Shown in pieces: positions 19,949 through 29,722 of a stretch of 64,000 nucleotides of DNA. Position 1 is the first letter of the stretch. Every line of letters starts with the position of its first letter. The position numbers and the translations under genes are program-made. The notes below the pieces were generated by a model that made no database searches, had not been told where the DNA came from, and saw only the letters and a list, made by a program, of their open reading frames with translations. This DNA comes from an uncultured Planctomycetota bacterium. GTDB taxonomy: Bacteria > Planctomycetota > Planctomycetia > Pirellulales > Lacipirellulaceae. The DNA is taken from NCBI GenBank assembly GCA_963719315.1, contig CAVRBU010000002.1, positions 1,824,001-1,888,000 on the forward strand. Direction: 5' to 3'.

Positions 19949-20362
19949 TTACGTGGCCGAGTGGAATGGATTCACGACTTCCAGGCCGTCAATCACGTTT
20001 TGGCCGCCGAAGCCTTCGGAATAGAGCGTTTCGACGCCTGCTTCAAGGCAGGCGGCGATCAGAAGCGAATCCCAATGCGAAAGACTGGAGCGACTTGTTA
20101 GAAAGATCGCACGGTCAAGTACTTTCCATGTCGGAGGTTCGCACGCCCACAGTTTCATCCACTCGCGAACCGTATCGCACGCGAGGTCGAAATCAAATCC
20201 TAGCGGCGCTAGTTTGCGACTCGCTGAAAGAAATTCGCAGACGACTTGCCAGAGGAGCAGCCCATCGGAGAGGCCAATTACGAGCTCACTAGCTACTCTT
20301 TGCTTGTTCGGATCACGCTGATCGTGAACGTAGATCAGAATATTCGTGTCAACGGCGTTCAT
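19949..20362 (-). CDS. PIN-domain (VapC-like) toxin
   Basis: Motifs VDTNILIY, QVVCEF, LSHWDSLLIAAC and LYSE. Confidence 0.88.
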   Translation of the reverse strand: MNAVDTNILIYVHDQRDPNKQRVASELVIGLSDGLLLWQVVCEFLSASRKLAPLGFDFDLACDTVREWMKLWACEPPTWKVLDRAIFLTSRSSLSHWDSLLIAACLEAGVETLYSEGFGGQNVIDGLEVVNPFHSAT

Positions 20363-20594
20363 GCAGTTCTTCGCGCGTGAATCGTGGAGCGTTGGCCGGA
20401 ATCGGGTTGCTTTGCATCCGTTCGATTAGATCCCGTTTGATTCTTTCTCGCTCCTTGGGATCCGATTCCAAAGGAGGAAGTAAGTGAAATTCCTCGCGAA
20501 CGACGACTTCCACCTCGGTTTCTTCCGGAAGGTTGCAGGGAACGACGGGCACAAATGCGCCGTTTCGGTAGATGGCTCGAAGCGTATCTTGCAT
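20349..20594 (-). CDS. DUF104/AF2212-like antitoxin
   Basis: AIYRNGAFVP....LPEETEVEV, ending FTREELHERR; overlaps the PIN gene start. Confidence 0.8.
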   Translation of the reverse strand: MQDTLRAIYRNGAFVPVVPCNLPEETEVEVVVREEFHLLPPLESDPKERERIKRDLIERMQSNPIPANAPRFTREELHERR

Positions 20595-20632
20595 GCTTCA
20601 ATTTCCCGCACTTTGCGATAGTTACACGTGAA

Positions 20633-21913
20633 TCATAATCCAACCGTATGACGCGGCGTAGGATCGGCAGGTTCGCTTTTGCCATTCGCTTCCGCTTCGC
20701 GCAAGCACCGTTGAATTTGCCGCACGGCCTGTCGCAACCGGGCTTCGTTTTCCACCAACGACATCCGCAGAAAGCCTTCGCCGGCCGGGCCGAAGCCGCT
20801 GCCCGGGCTGACCGCCACGTTGCCCTTTTCCAGGAGCATCATTCCGAAATCCATCGTGCTCATGCGGCTCCGCCACGGTTCGGGGATCGGCGCCCAACAA
20901 AACATGCTGGCTTTGGGGGGCGTCATTGGCCAACCAATGCGGGCCAGGCTCTCGCACAACGCGTCGCGCCGGCCTTGGTAAATGGCTGCCTGCTGTTCCA
21001 TGCCCGCGTCGCCATTGCGCAGCGCCATGATGGCTGCAATCTGCACGGCCTGGAACATGCCGTAGTCGTAATAGCCCTTGATCGTTGCGAGCGCTTTGAT
21101 CATTTGCCGATTGCCGGAGCAGAAGCCGATACGCCAGCCGGCCATGTTATAGCCCTTGCTCATCGTCGTGAACTCGACGCCGACTTCCGACGCACCAGCC
21201 GAGGCCAAAAAGCTCGGCGGCTTGTAGGCGTCGAATGCCACGTCGGCGTAGGCGAAATCGCTAATCACCGCGAAGCCATATTTGCGAGCCAACTTCACGA
21301 TCTCATCGAAAAAGGGCTGTTCGATGCAAGCGGTCGAAGGATTGTGCGGGTAGTTGAGGATGACCAGCTTCGGCCGCGGGTAGAGATGTTCGCATGTGTA
21401 CGCGATGTTCGACAGAAACTTTTCGCTGTCGCGCACTTCCAGCGCGATCACGTTGCCCGAGGCGAGCGCGACCGAATACACGTGAATCGGAAAATACGGC
21501 GCCGGCACGATGGCCGTATCACCCGGCCCCATCATGGCCAGGCACATGTGGCTGAAGCCCTCTTTCGAGCCGAGGCAGACGATCACCTCTTCGTCCGGGT
21601 CGAGCCGCACGCCGAACCGCTTGAAATACTTTGACGCCACTTCGCGGCGCAAATTTGCGATGCCGTTCGACTTGCTATAGCCGTGATTGCGCGGATCGCG
21701 GGCCGCCTCGTTGAGTTTTTCAATGACGAAGTCTTCGGGCGGATCGGACGGGTTGCCCATGCCGAGGTCGATGACGTCGTCGCCGGCGCGACGCTTGTCG
21801 TACAGCAGCGCGTTAATGCGGCCGAACAGGTACGGCGGCAGCCGGGTGACGCGCTCGGCGACTTGGATCGAAAACGGCCGATTCAGCAACGGATTTTGCG
21901 AATGCAGTGTCAT
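20633..21913 (-). CDS. PLP-dependent class I/II aminotransferase (AlaC/LL-DAP aminotransferase-like)
   Basis: Motifs [30 protein letters not shown] and [13 protein letters not shown]. Confidence 0.9.
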   Translation of the reverse strand: MTLHSQNPLLNRPFSIQVAERVTRLPPYLFGRINALLYDKRRAGDDVIDLGMGNPSDPPEDFVIEKLNEAARDPRNHGYSKSNGIANLRREVASKYFKRFGVRLDPDEEVIVCLGSKEGFSHMCLAMMGPGDTAIVPAPYFPIHVYSVALASGNVIALEVRDSEKFLSNIAYTCEHLYPRPKLVILNYPHNPSTACIEQPFFDEIVKLARKYGFAVISDFAYADVAFDAYKPPSFLASAGASEVGVEFTTMSKGYNMAGWRIGFCSGNRQMIKALATIKGYYDYGMFQAVQIAAIMALRNGDAGMEQQAAIYQGRRDALCESLARIGWPMTPPKASMFCWAPIPEPWRSRMSTMDFGMMLLEKGNVAVSPGSGFGPAGEGFLRMSLVENEARLRQAVRQIQRCLREAEANGKSEPADPTPRHTVGL

Positions 21914-22012
21914 CGACGGGAGTGAACGGGTGCTACTTCGCGGCGCAGTTGCGCCGCACATAGTCAAGTATAGCCCTGTCCCGCTCCGCTGCCCAACGGT
22001 TCAGTTACCCAA

Positions 22013-23998
22013 TCAGCGAGTCGGCGGGCCCGATGTCGGCCGGACCGCTTCGTCCAGCCGCGGCGTGCCCTGCCCTGCATCGGGCTTCACGCGGTCGGGC
22101 GATTGCGATGTGCCGGCAAGGAAGTTGTCGATGCGAGCCTTGGTCCGGAGCTCTTCGAATTTTTCGCTCATCGCCATCCGAAGCTTCTTCTCGAAGATGT
22201 CATCGCGAAGTACTTGTTGAACTGCTTGCGGATTGACCTCCACCGGCTTTGTGCGGCCGTCGCACTTGAGGACTACGAACTTGTCGCCCAATTGAATAAT
22301 GCCGGAAAGCTCGCCTGGCTTTAGCTCAAAAGCCACGTCTTCCAGTTGCGGCTGGCCGCCATATCGACGAATCGGCGGCACTTCGCCGCGGAGCGCCTTG
22401 CTGCTGGGCTCGACTGAGTATTCCTCGGCCAGATCGCCGAAGTAGTCCATTGAGGTATTCTGCCGCGCCTTACCCCAGACCTCCTGGGCTCGGCGCATGC
22501 TGCCGAGTACGATCGCCCGGCAACGCACTCGCTCCCCATAGTTGGCGTCGAAGCCCTTTTTCATGTCGTCCTCAGAGACTTGAATCGTGCTGCCCGTAAT
22601 TTTCTTGAGCGCTGCCGACGGCCACACCGAATCGCGCAGGTACTCGTCCTTCGAGACACCCTGTTCCTTTGTGGCGGTTTCAATCCACTTGGCCATATCG
22701 GCCGAACCATCTTTGTTCACAACACCGGCCAATTTCGCGGCGTGGGCCATTTCGTCGTTGAGGTCCTGATCGGTGATGACCAGGTTTCCCTTCGCGAGCG
22801 CCTGTTTGAGCAGCAGGTGCGAGATCTCGACATCCAGCACCTCCTGGCCGTAACGGAGTAAGCATTCCTCGGCCAATTCCGAGTACGGTATCTGTTCACC
22901 GTTGATCGTGGCCACAACGCCCGGCATTTGCGCCCGCCGTTGCGGGTCGTTCCACACGTTTTGCACTGTCGCCGCGTCCTGCAATTGTTTGAACAACTTG
23001 CTGGCGACTTCGCGCAGTTTGCCTTCCTGAATGCGTTCGACGAGCTCGTCCTTCACGGTCTCCATCGGAACATTTCGGGCAGGAATTTGGCCTTCGCACT
23101 TCAGAATTGCGAACTGCTCGCCGACCGGTATTACCGGCGAAATCTGGTTCGGCTGCATCCCGAAAACTTCGCGCTCAATGGCCGGATCGCCGACATGGTG
23201 CCGAATCGGCTGAATCAAACCGCCGATGCTGGCGCTGTTGACATCGATCGAATTCTGCATCGCCAGCCGCGCGAAATCGTTGGGCTGGACCGTCAATTGA
23301 CGTTGAAGCCGCTCGGCCGTTGGGCGGTCCCCAACGACGATCAGCCGACATTTTATCGCGGGCCCGTATTGCGCTTCATACGCCTGCGTCAGTTCCTTTT
23401 CGTCGACCACCAAATCTTTTGCCGCGCACTTGCGGAGGGCGAGCGTCGGCCAGAGAATATCGCGCTTATATTGCTCCGGGTGAATTCCCCGCTCGCGTTC
23501 CAGCATTTGCAACCATTGTTCCTTGCCGATCTTGAAGCGCTTGGCCATCCGCTCGATCTCCGCATCGACTTCCTGGTCGGTCACTTCGATCTGGCGGTTC
23601 TTGCAGTAGTGCTCAATAAGCCGCTTGTTGACGAGGCCTTCGAGCACTTCGTTGCCGTACCGTTCACAACAAGCGGTGGCGAGCGCGTCGCGGCGAATGT
23701 CTTGGCCGTTGACCACGGCCATTACATCGTGCTGCGGTCGCTGGATGTGTGGCATCTCGGCGCTGGCTTGCTGCGCGCCTGCTTTTGGCGGCTGCTGCGC
23801 GTTTTGCTCGGCGGGTTGGCTCTTGCGAAACGGATTTGAAATCTGCGCATTGGCAGACGAGCTGCCGACAGTCATGCGAATCGCGACGCACAGGCCGACG
23901 ACCGCTAAGCCGCTAGCAATGAAGACCAGGCGTTGCTTCCACTTCCGTTGTCGGGGAGCAGTATCTGTCGTTTTGGATCGAGATTCCTTGCGGGTCAT
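22013..23998 (-). CDS. PpiC/parvulin-type peptidylprolyl isomerase (SurA/PrsA-like, duplicated module)
   Basis: N-terminal TM helix, two A.VNG..I chaperone modules and two rotamase domains (FARLAMQNS.D..SA..GG; FGDLAEEYS.EPSS....G). Confidence 0.85.
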   Translation of the reverse strand: MTRKESRSKTTDTAPRQRKWKQRLVFIASGLAVVGLCVAIRMTVGSSSANAQISNPFRKSQPAEQNAQQPPKAGAQQASAEMPHIQRPQHDVMAVVNGQDIRRDALATACCERYGNEVLEGLVNKRLIEHYCKNRQIEVTDQEVDAEIERMAKRFKIGKEQWLQMLERERGIHPEQYKRDILWPTLALRKCAAKDLVVDEKELTQAYEAQYGPAIKCRLIVVGDRPTAERLQRQLTVQPNDFARLAMQNSIDVNSASIGGLIQPIRHHVGDPAIEREVFGMQPNQISPVIPVGEQFAILKCEGQIPARNVPMETVKDELVERIQEGKLREVASKLFKQLQDAATVQNVWNDPQRRAQMPGVVATINGEQIPYSELAEECLLRYGQEVLDVEISHLLLKQALAKGNLVITDQDLNDEMAHAAKLAGVVNKDGSADMAKWIETATKEQGVSKDEYLRDSVWPSAALKKITGSTIQVSEDDMKKGFDANYGERVRCRAIVLGSMRRAQEVWGKARQNTSMDYFGDLAEEYSVEPSSKALRGEVPPIRRYGGQPQLEDVAFELKPGELSGIIQLGDKFVVLKCDGRTKPVEVNPQAVQQVLRDDIFEKKLRMAMSEKFEELRTKARIDNFLAGTSQSPDRVKPDAGQGTPRLDEAVRPTSGPPTR

Positions 23999-24213
23999 TT
24001 CGGTCTCTCCATAAACCGTTGAAAGCACTTGCAGAATTGCAGCATATAGCCGCGGACCTACGGTCCGCCGGCCGACAGCGGGCCGCGGAGGATAGCAAAG
24101 CCGGCAGAGGGCGGCAAGAGAAGTGAAATCGCAGCACGCAGCAAGAAAATCAGGCCATTTTCAGGCCTCGCCGCCTGCGCGGTGGTGATACCAACCCAAA
24201 CGATTGATTACCG

Positions 24214-24420
24214 CTAATAACGATACCGACAAGCAAGGACACGCACCTTTTCAAGCGATACGCCTCCTGTGCGATCCTTGGCTTCGATCAATCGCTTCCG
24301 CATCGCCTCGCTCTTCAGCAAGTACGAGTTTCCCGCTCCGACTCGATCTCACGCCAAAGCTCGATTGGAACGATCACCGCGACGGCATTGCCCGTTTCAT
24401 AGGAGACATGATGAGCGCAA
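24214..24420 (-). pseudogene. Degraded Phd/YefM-like antitoxin
   Basis: Manual translation across a 1-nt frameshift near 24325: HVSYETGNAVAVIVPIELWREIESERET/YLLKSEAMRKRLIEAK. The ETxYLL.S motif is YefM-like. No clear start or toxin partner. Confidence 0.6.
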
Positions 24421-24536
24421 AAAAGCGAATGGGATGCAGTACACTTGCCACGATTGATTCTAACTTGCAAGCCACTGTCGAGACAAATCATTCCTGCGAA
24501 AAGCGTGAAATCAAGGCGAGAGACTCCAACTCGCAA

Positions 24537-25097
24537 TTATTCGTTCATCACCTCGGCCTCTTTGGCCTTGGCCAGGTCGTTGGCTTTGTCTTCGAATTTT
24601 TTGGTCAGCGTCTGGACGTCGGCCTGTGCCTGTTTGCACTGGTCCTCGGTGAGGTCCTTGTCTTTTTCCTCTTGGTCGGCCTGCTTGTTGGCATCGCGGC
24701 GGATGTTGCGGATAGCGACCTTCGTCTCCTCGGCCAACTCCTTGGTGCGGGCGACCATCTTGCGGCGCACCTCGCCCGAAAGCGGCGGGATGTTCAGTCG
24801 GATCACTTTGCCGTCGCTCTGCGGTGCAAGACCCAGATCACTGGCGATGATGCCTTTTTCGATGTCCTTGATCGTCCCCGGATCGAACGGCCGGATCACC
24901 AGTTGCTGGGGTTCGGGGGCGCTTACGCTGGCGATCGTCTTGATGGGCACCGGCGAGCCGTAGGCCTCGACCCGCAGCGAATCGACCATGCCGGGGTTGG
25001 CCCGGCCGGTGCGAATGCCGGTCAGGTCTTGCTTGAGCTTGGAGAGGGCTTTCTCCATTCGCTCCTCGGCATCGAACAGAATTTCTTCCACGCTCAT
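24537..25097 (-). CDS. frr: Ribosome recycling factor
   Basis: Motifs IRTGRANP, V.AYGS, SDLGLAP..DG, PPLS.E.R and IRNIRRDAN. Confidence 0.97.
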   Translation of the reverse strand: MSVEEILFDAEERMEKALSKLKQDLTGIRTGRANPGMVDSLRVEAYGSPVPIKTIASVSAPEPQQLVIRPFDPGTIKDIEKGIIASDLGLAPQSDGKVIRLNIPPLSGEVRRKMVARTKELAEETKVAIRNIRRDANKQADQEEKDKDLTEDQCKQAQADVQTLTKKFEDKANDLAKAKEAEVMNE

Positions 25098-25115
25098 ATT
25101 TATTCCCAGAGATTT

Positions 25116-25591
25116 AACCACGGAGGCACGGAGTGCACGGAGTGGACATTCTTGAATCACAAAACAAGACGAACTATTCCGTTTTTCAAAACAACCGCAT
25201 TGAAATTAAGGATCAGCCCTTCCTCAAGTCCGGCAACGCGAAGATAGGTGAGCAATTGCGCCTTATGAAGATCCGTAACAGCCTCGAGTGCTTTTACTTC
25301 GACTACGACCTTGTCTGCGACAATAACGTCGGCCCGATATCCGCAGTCTACACGCATTGACTTATAAAGGACCGGCAGAATTACTTGCCGAGTGAATGGA
25401 ATGTTCCGCAGGCTCAATTCAAAGCAAAGGCAAGCCTCAAAAGCAGATTCAAGTAATCCTGGCCCGAGTTCACGATGTACGTCGATCGCTGCTCCAATAA
25501 TCTGGCTCGTCAGTTCTTCTTCTCGCAACATCGTATGAGTGAGTGATTGCGTCCGTACCTTCTGCTCCGCGATCTCCGTGCCTCCGTGGTT
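25116..25591. mobile_element. Inverted-repeat-bounded cassette carrying the GxxExxY gene
   Basis: AACCACGGAGGCACGGAG (25116-25133) and its exact reverse complement (25574-25591) flank a single gene between pyrH and frr. Mobility is inferred, not shown. Confidence 0.6.
25157..25531 (-). CDS. GxxExxY protein (PD-(D/E)XK nuclease-like)
   Basis: IIGAAIDVHRELGPGLLESAF, YRADVIV..KVVVEVKA, HKAQLLTYL and GLILNF. Confidence 0.92.
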   Translation of the reverse strand: MLREEELTSQIIGAAIDVHRELGPGLLESAFEACLCFELSLRNIPFTRQVILPVLYKSMRVDCGYRADVIVADKVVVEVKALEAVTDLHKAQLLTYLRVAGLEEGLILNFNAVVLKNGIVRLVL

Positions 25592-25593
25592 GG

Positions 25594-26334
25594 CTATTTC
25601 TTCGCCGTTGCAAGACTATTGACCAGCGTGCCGACATCTTCGCCGCGGACGGCGCGTTCGATGTTGCCGTCGGTGCGGTAGTTGAACACCAGAATTGGTA
25701 AGTCGTGCTCCATGCAGTGAGCAATGGCCGTCGGGTCCATGACGCGCAGATTACGGTCGCGGACTTCCTTATATGTAAGCTGGCGAAACAGCGTCGCGGA
25801 AGGATCCTTTTCTGGGTCGGCCGTGAACACGCCATCGACGCGCGTGGCTTTCATGAGGATATCGACACCGATCTCCATCGCTTTTTGGGCCGCGGCCGTA
25901 TCCGTCGTGACAAACGGAGCGCCGGTGCCGCCGGCGAGGATCACGATGCGACCCTTTTCGAGATGGCGGCGCGCGCGGCGGCGAATGAACGGCTCGGCAA
26001 CGCCATCCATTCGCACGGCCGACATCAGTCGCGTCTGACAATTGAGCGATTCGAGAGCGTCCTGCAATGCGAGGCCGTTAATGACCGTGGCCAACATGCC
26101 CATATAGTGGGCCGTGGCCTCTTGGATGCTCGAGTTACCGGCAGTGAACTGTGCTCCGCGCAAGATATTGCCGCCGCCGATGACGATCGCGATCTCCACG
26201 CCGATTTGAGCGGCTCGTTGGACCTGCCCCGCGATATCGACGACCTCCTGCATGCTGATGCCCCGCTGGCCAGGCGCGGCAAAACATTCACCGGAGAGTT
26301 TTAGGAGGATACGGTGATAGGGAGAGGCGGACAT
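25594..26334 (-). CDS. pyrH: UMP kinase
   Basis: Motifs [36 protein letters not shown] and VMD.TA. Confidence 0.97.
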   Translation of the reverse strand: MSASPYHRILLKLSGECFAAPGQRGISMQEVVDIAGQVQRAAQIGVEIAIVIGGGNILRGAQFTAGNSSIQEATAHYMGMLATVINGLALQDALESLNCQTRLMSAVRMDGVAEPFIRRRARRHLEKGRIVILAGGTGAPFVTTDTAAAQKAMEIGVDILMKATRVDGVFTADPEKDPSATLFRQLTYKEVRDRNLRVMDPTAIAHCMEHDLPILVFNYRTDGNIERAVRGEDVGTLVNSLATAKK

Positions 26335-26356
26335 GGCTATGCGCTGCCTATGAAAT

Positions 26357-26441
26357 TGGTCATTGCAAATCTGTCATGCGTCATTGGCCATTTTATACGG
26401 CTCGATATGACAAATTACAAATGACAAATTTGCAATGACCA
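26357..26441. repeat. Inverted heptamer-type array between tsf and pyrH
   Basis: TGGTCATTGCAAATCTGTCAT ... ATGACAAATTTGCAATGACCA with ATGACAA-like units. Confidence 0.7.
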
Positions 26442-26485
26442 CTATGGACCTTCAACTTAAACGTTCGCTTACGACGATTTCACAG

Positions 26486-26511
26486 AAAAAGCCCCGGCTT
26501 TCACCGGGGCT
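26486..26511 (-). terminator. Intrinsic terminator after tsf
   Basis: Minus strand AGCCCCGG-tgaaag-CCGGGGCT followed by TTTT. Confidence 0.8.
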
Positions 26512-26524
26512 GTGCGGATGCGCA

Positions 26525-27376
26525 TTAACTTGCCGGTTTTTCGCCGGCCGCTTCGCCCAACTGCCAGCGAATGAACTTCACAAGTTTCATCCCCCCGGCG
26601 GCGGCCACTTTGCCGACCGTTTGCTTGTCGTCGTGAATGAATGGCTGCTCGCCCAGCACATGCTCCGCATAAAAGTTGCGCATCCGGCCCTCGATCATCT
26701 TCTCGATGATGTTGTCCGGCTTGCCTTCCTTACGAGCCTGCTCGGTGAGAATGGCTCGCTCTTTGTCCACCAAGGACTTGTCCAGTTCCGCAGTTGTGGC
26801 TGCCTTGGGCTTCATTGCCACGACTTGCATGGCGATCTTCTTTGCCAACTCGTCGTCGCCTCCTTCGACCACGAGCAACACGCCGCTCTTGGCATCATGG
26901 TGGACGTAACCGCCGGTTGGCGCATCAACTCGCGCGATCCGGGCCAGCCGCAGGACCTCGCGCATCTTTCCTTCGATCTCGTCCTTCCATTGCTGAAGCG
27001 TCATTCCTTTGCGACTGGGCGCCGGCTGCTTCCAAAGTTCCTCCGGAGTCTTGGCGCCGGGACCAGTCGCAAGTTGCTTGGCCAAATCGTTGGCTAGCGC
27101 CACAACGTCCTCGTGCTTGGCGACTGGGGCCGATTCGACTTGCAGTTCGATCATGGCGCCGACGCCGGATTTGAGGCTCGTATACACGGCGATCCGCCCC
27201 TCTTCGGTCGTGCGGTCCTGGCGAATCGACATCAGCTTGATGCCCTTTTCGCGCAACTTCTGCTTGGCCAGATCGAAGTCGCCATTGGACTCCTGCAGCG
27301 ACTTCTTGCAATCCATCATCGGAAGACCCGTGTCGTCGCGCAGCTTCATAACCATTGCTGCCGTGATTTCTGCCAT
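26525..27376 (-). CDS. tsf: Elongation factor Ts
   Basis: ITAAMVMKLRDDTGLPMMDCKK.L, EGRI, IAMQVVAM.P, GKPDNIIEKMIEGR and QPFI; lies between rpsB and pyrH. Confidence 0.96.
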   Translation of the reverse strand: MAEITAAMVMKLRDDTGLPMMDCKKSLQESNGDFDLAKQKLREKGIKLMSIRQDRTTEEGRIAVYTSLKSGVGAMIELQVESAPVAKHEDVVALANDLAKQLATGPGAKTPEELWKQPAPSRKGMTLQQWKDEIEGKMREVLRLARIARVDAPTGGYVHHDAKSGVLLVVEGGDDELAKKIAMQVVAMKPKAATTAELDKSLVDKERAILTEQARKEGKPDNIIEKMIEGRMRNFYAEHVLGEQPFIHDDKQTVGKVAAAGGMKLVKFIRWQLGEAAGEKPAS

Positions 27377-27546
27377 GGGAAGCTCCTATTTCGATTTTCT
27401 CGTATTCAATCGGGTGGCATGCTCTCGCGAAGCGCGCGAACTCCGCCCGATTTTGCAAAGACGTTCGCGTGAGCATGTCGCGAGGTCTGCAAAGACATGC
27501 CCACGCCGCGGCGGCGAGGGCATGCCACCCATCGCAATCGCCGGAC

Positions 27547-28278
27547 TTACGCCATCGCCACTTCGGCGCCTTCGGAGGCGTGTTGGCTTTCTACGGCGGC
27601 TTGGTTCTTGCCCGCCAGGATCGCGTCGGACAGCATCTTGGCGATCAACTCGATCGACCGCATGCTGTCGTCGTTGCCGGGAATCGGCAGATCGACCAGG
27701 TCCGGATCGCAGTCGGTATCGATCAATGCGACCGTGGCCACACCGAGCTTCTGGGCCTCGCTCACCGCGTTCTTTTCCTTCTTCGGATCGACGATGATCA
27801 GGCATTCGGGCAGCCGGCTCATCGTGCGGATACCGTTGAGGTTGCGAAACATCTTGCGATATTCGCGTCGCAGCGCGGCTTCCATCTTTTTGGAGTACCC
27901 GTGGATCTTGTCGCTTTCCAGAATTGATTCGAGTTCTTCGAGCCGGCCCAGCCGGCTGCGGATCGTGCGGAAATTGGTGAGCGTGCCACCCAGCCAGCGA
28001 TCGTTGACGAAAGGCATACCGCATCGCTGGGCTTCGCGACCGATGGTGTCAGCCGCCTGACGCTTCGTCCCGACAAAGAGCACAAGGCTGTTTTGCGACG
28101 AGATCTGCGTGAGATATTTCTTGGCTCGCAGCAGGCCACGGACTGTTTCGCGGACGTCGATAATGTGAATGAGGTTCTTGCGGGCGTAAATGTACGGCCG
28201 CATCTTCGGGTTCCAGCGGCTGGCGCGGTGGCCGTAGTGGACCCCGGCTTCAACAAGCTCTTTGACGAGTGCAGACAA
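27547..28278 (-). CDS. rpsB: 30S ribosomal protein S2
   Basis: EAGVHYGH...[29 protein letters not shown] and PGNDD. TTG start after AAGGAG. Confidence 0.97.
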   Translation of the reverse strand: MSALVKELVEAGVHYGHRASRWNPKMRPYIYARKNLIHIIDVRETVRGLLRAKKYLTQISSQNSLVLFVGTKRQAADTIGREAQRCGMPFVNDRWLGGTLTNFRTIRSRLGRLEELESILESDKIHGYSKKMEAALRREYRKMFRNLNGIRTMSRLPECLIIVDPKKEKNAVSEAQKLGVATVALIDTDCDPDLVDLPIPGNDDSMRSIELIAKMLSDAILAGKNQAAVESQHASEGAEVAMA

Positions 28279-28512
28279 ATTAAACTCCTTGGCACACCGG
28301 CTAGGTCCCTCACGTGGCCGCGTCTCTCCGAGACGCGAAAGCGAGTTACAGAGAAACTCGCCCACGCGCGGGCGTCCGGCGTTAGCAAAAAACGATTCGG
28401 CCAAATGGTTTCAAACCGCCAATTCCTCGGGCCGTTCGAGTCAGCGGGAGCCCTGTAACATACCGGGCAGCAGTGTTTGCGGTCAATCGGCGATTTGCCG
28501 CGTGCACAATTG

Positions 28513-29472
28513 CTAGGCCCCGATTTCCCGAAGCGTCTTTAGAACCGCTTCGTGAAGATGGCCATTGGTAGCCAAGATGCCGCGGTTTTTGGCGAGCGTT
28601 CGGCCGAGGGAAAAGTCGAGCGATTTGCCGTCGAGGTCGGTGATGCGTCCTCCCGCTTCTTCAATCACGATGGAGCCCGCCGCCTGATCCCAGATCTTTT
28701 CGCGATAGTCGAGACGGGAGGGGGAGAGCAGACGCAGCAGTACTTCCCCTCCACCGGCGGCAAGGACGGCATATTTTGCCTGGCTGTCCATGCCGATCGG
28801 GGGTGCCTGCGTGCCCAGCTTCACGGCGAGTTGCCCGATCTCATCAAGATTCGTGTGCGATTTCTCGACGGACCGTAGGATGCGAGCGTTGTCGCTGGTA
28901 TTTCGCATTGAAACCGACAGCCGCTGCCAACTAACTGATTCATCGAGAGGCTGGAACCATGTGCCTTGCCCTCGGACCGCCGCATAGATCGTACCGCCGG
29001 AGAGCTCCGGGCAGCCGAGGACGCCCAATTCCACTTTGCAGTTATGGACAAGGGCGAGGGCAACGCCGTACTGTTCGCGCCGCAAAAAGCCCTTGGTGCC
29101 GTCAATGGGGTCTAGCGTCCAGAACGTTTTCGGCGGCTCGCCACTGCCGCGGTCGATGAGATTGCAGACCTCTTCTGGCGTGGCATCCGGAATCGCAGCG
29201 CGGACAAAGTCCGTGATCTGGTCGAGCGTCGCGATGCCTTCCTCAAGGCGAAGCGCGTCCGACTGTTCTTCGCCGATGAGGCTGGAGCCCGGAAGTTGTT
29301 CTGCTAGTCGGCGGGCGATCAGCGCCTGGACCGCAAAGTCGGCGACGGTTACTGGGGAGCGGTCGTCCTTCGTGAGCGCACCGGTCACCATTTCCCGCTG
29401 TATGCGGCGGGCCAAAACCGAAGCCTCGCGTACGGCATCAATCGCAAACTGGGCTTCGAGCGAATCGAGCAT
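28513..29472 (-). CDS. 3'(2'),5'-bisphosphate nucleotidase, HAL2-like (inositol monophosphatase superfamily)
   Basis: Motifs KDDRSPVTVADF, LDPIDGTKGFLR, DSQAKY and YREKIWDQAAG. Confidence 0.9.
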   Translation of the reverse strand: MLDSLEAQFAIDAVREASVLARRIQREMVTGALTKDDRSPVTVADFAVQALIARRLAEQLPGSSLIGEEQSDALRLEEGIATLDQITDFVRAAIPDATPEEVCNLIDRGSGEPPKTFWTLDPIDGTKGFLRREQYGVALALVHNCKVELGVLGCPELSGGTIYAAVRGQGTWFQPLDESVSWQRLSVSMRNTSDNARILRSVEKSHTNLDEIGQLAVKLGTQAPPIGMDSQAKYAVLAAGGGEVLLRLLSPSRLDYREKIWDQAAGSIVIEEAGGRITDLDGKSLDFSLGRTLAKNRGILATNGHLHEAVLKTLREIGA

Positions 29473-29543
29473 GAGGTGTCGGGTGTCAGGTGTCGGGTGT
29501 CAGTTCCGGCATCTGAAATCTGACACCTGAAACCTGACACCTC
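29473..29543. repeat. Inverted heptamer array (GGTGTCR/YGACACC)
   Basis: GAGGTGTCGGGTGTCAGGTGTCGGGTGTCAG-ttccggcat-CTGAAATCTGACACCTGAAACCTGACACCTC. Confidence 0.85.
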
Positions 29544-29548
29544 GGAAG

Positions 29549-29619
29549 CTACCCGGCCAGGGCTCGAACCTGGAATGAGGGAATCAAAATCCCTAGTGTT
29601 ACCATTACACCACCGGGTA
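29549..29619 (-). tRNA. tRNA-Gln (TTG)
   Basis: Minus strand acceptor TACCCGG/CCGGGTA, D stem GTGT/ACAC, anticodon arm AGGGA-TTTTGAT-TCCCT, T arm CCAGG-TTCGAGC-CCTGG. Confidence 0.95.
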
Positions 29620-29625
29620 AAGGGG

Positions 29626-29720
29626 AGCTATTAGCTTTTAGCTATTAGCTTTTAGCCATTAGCTTTTAGCCAGAATTGGTCCTCGTGGCTAATAGCCAAG
29701 TGGCAAAAAGCTAACGGCTA
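29626..29720. repeat. Inverted heptamer array (AGCTATT/AGCTTTT)
   Basis: About six AGCYWTT units facing a degenerate arm GGCTAATAGCC...AAAAGCTAACGGCTA, between the rex stop and tRNA-Gln. Confidence 0.8.
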
Positions 29721-29722
29721 CT

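Noticed and set aside
20620..20635. Fourth parS-like site (AGTTACACGTGAATCA)
   Set aside because: Several mismatches and poor symmetry, isolated from the cluster; may be chance.
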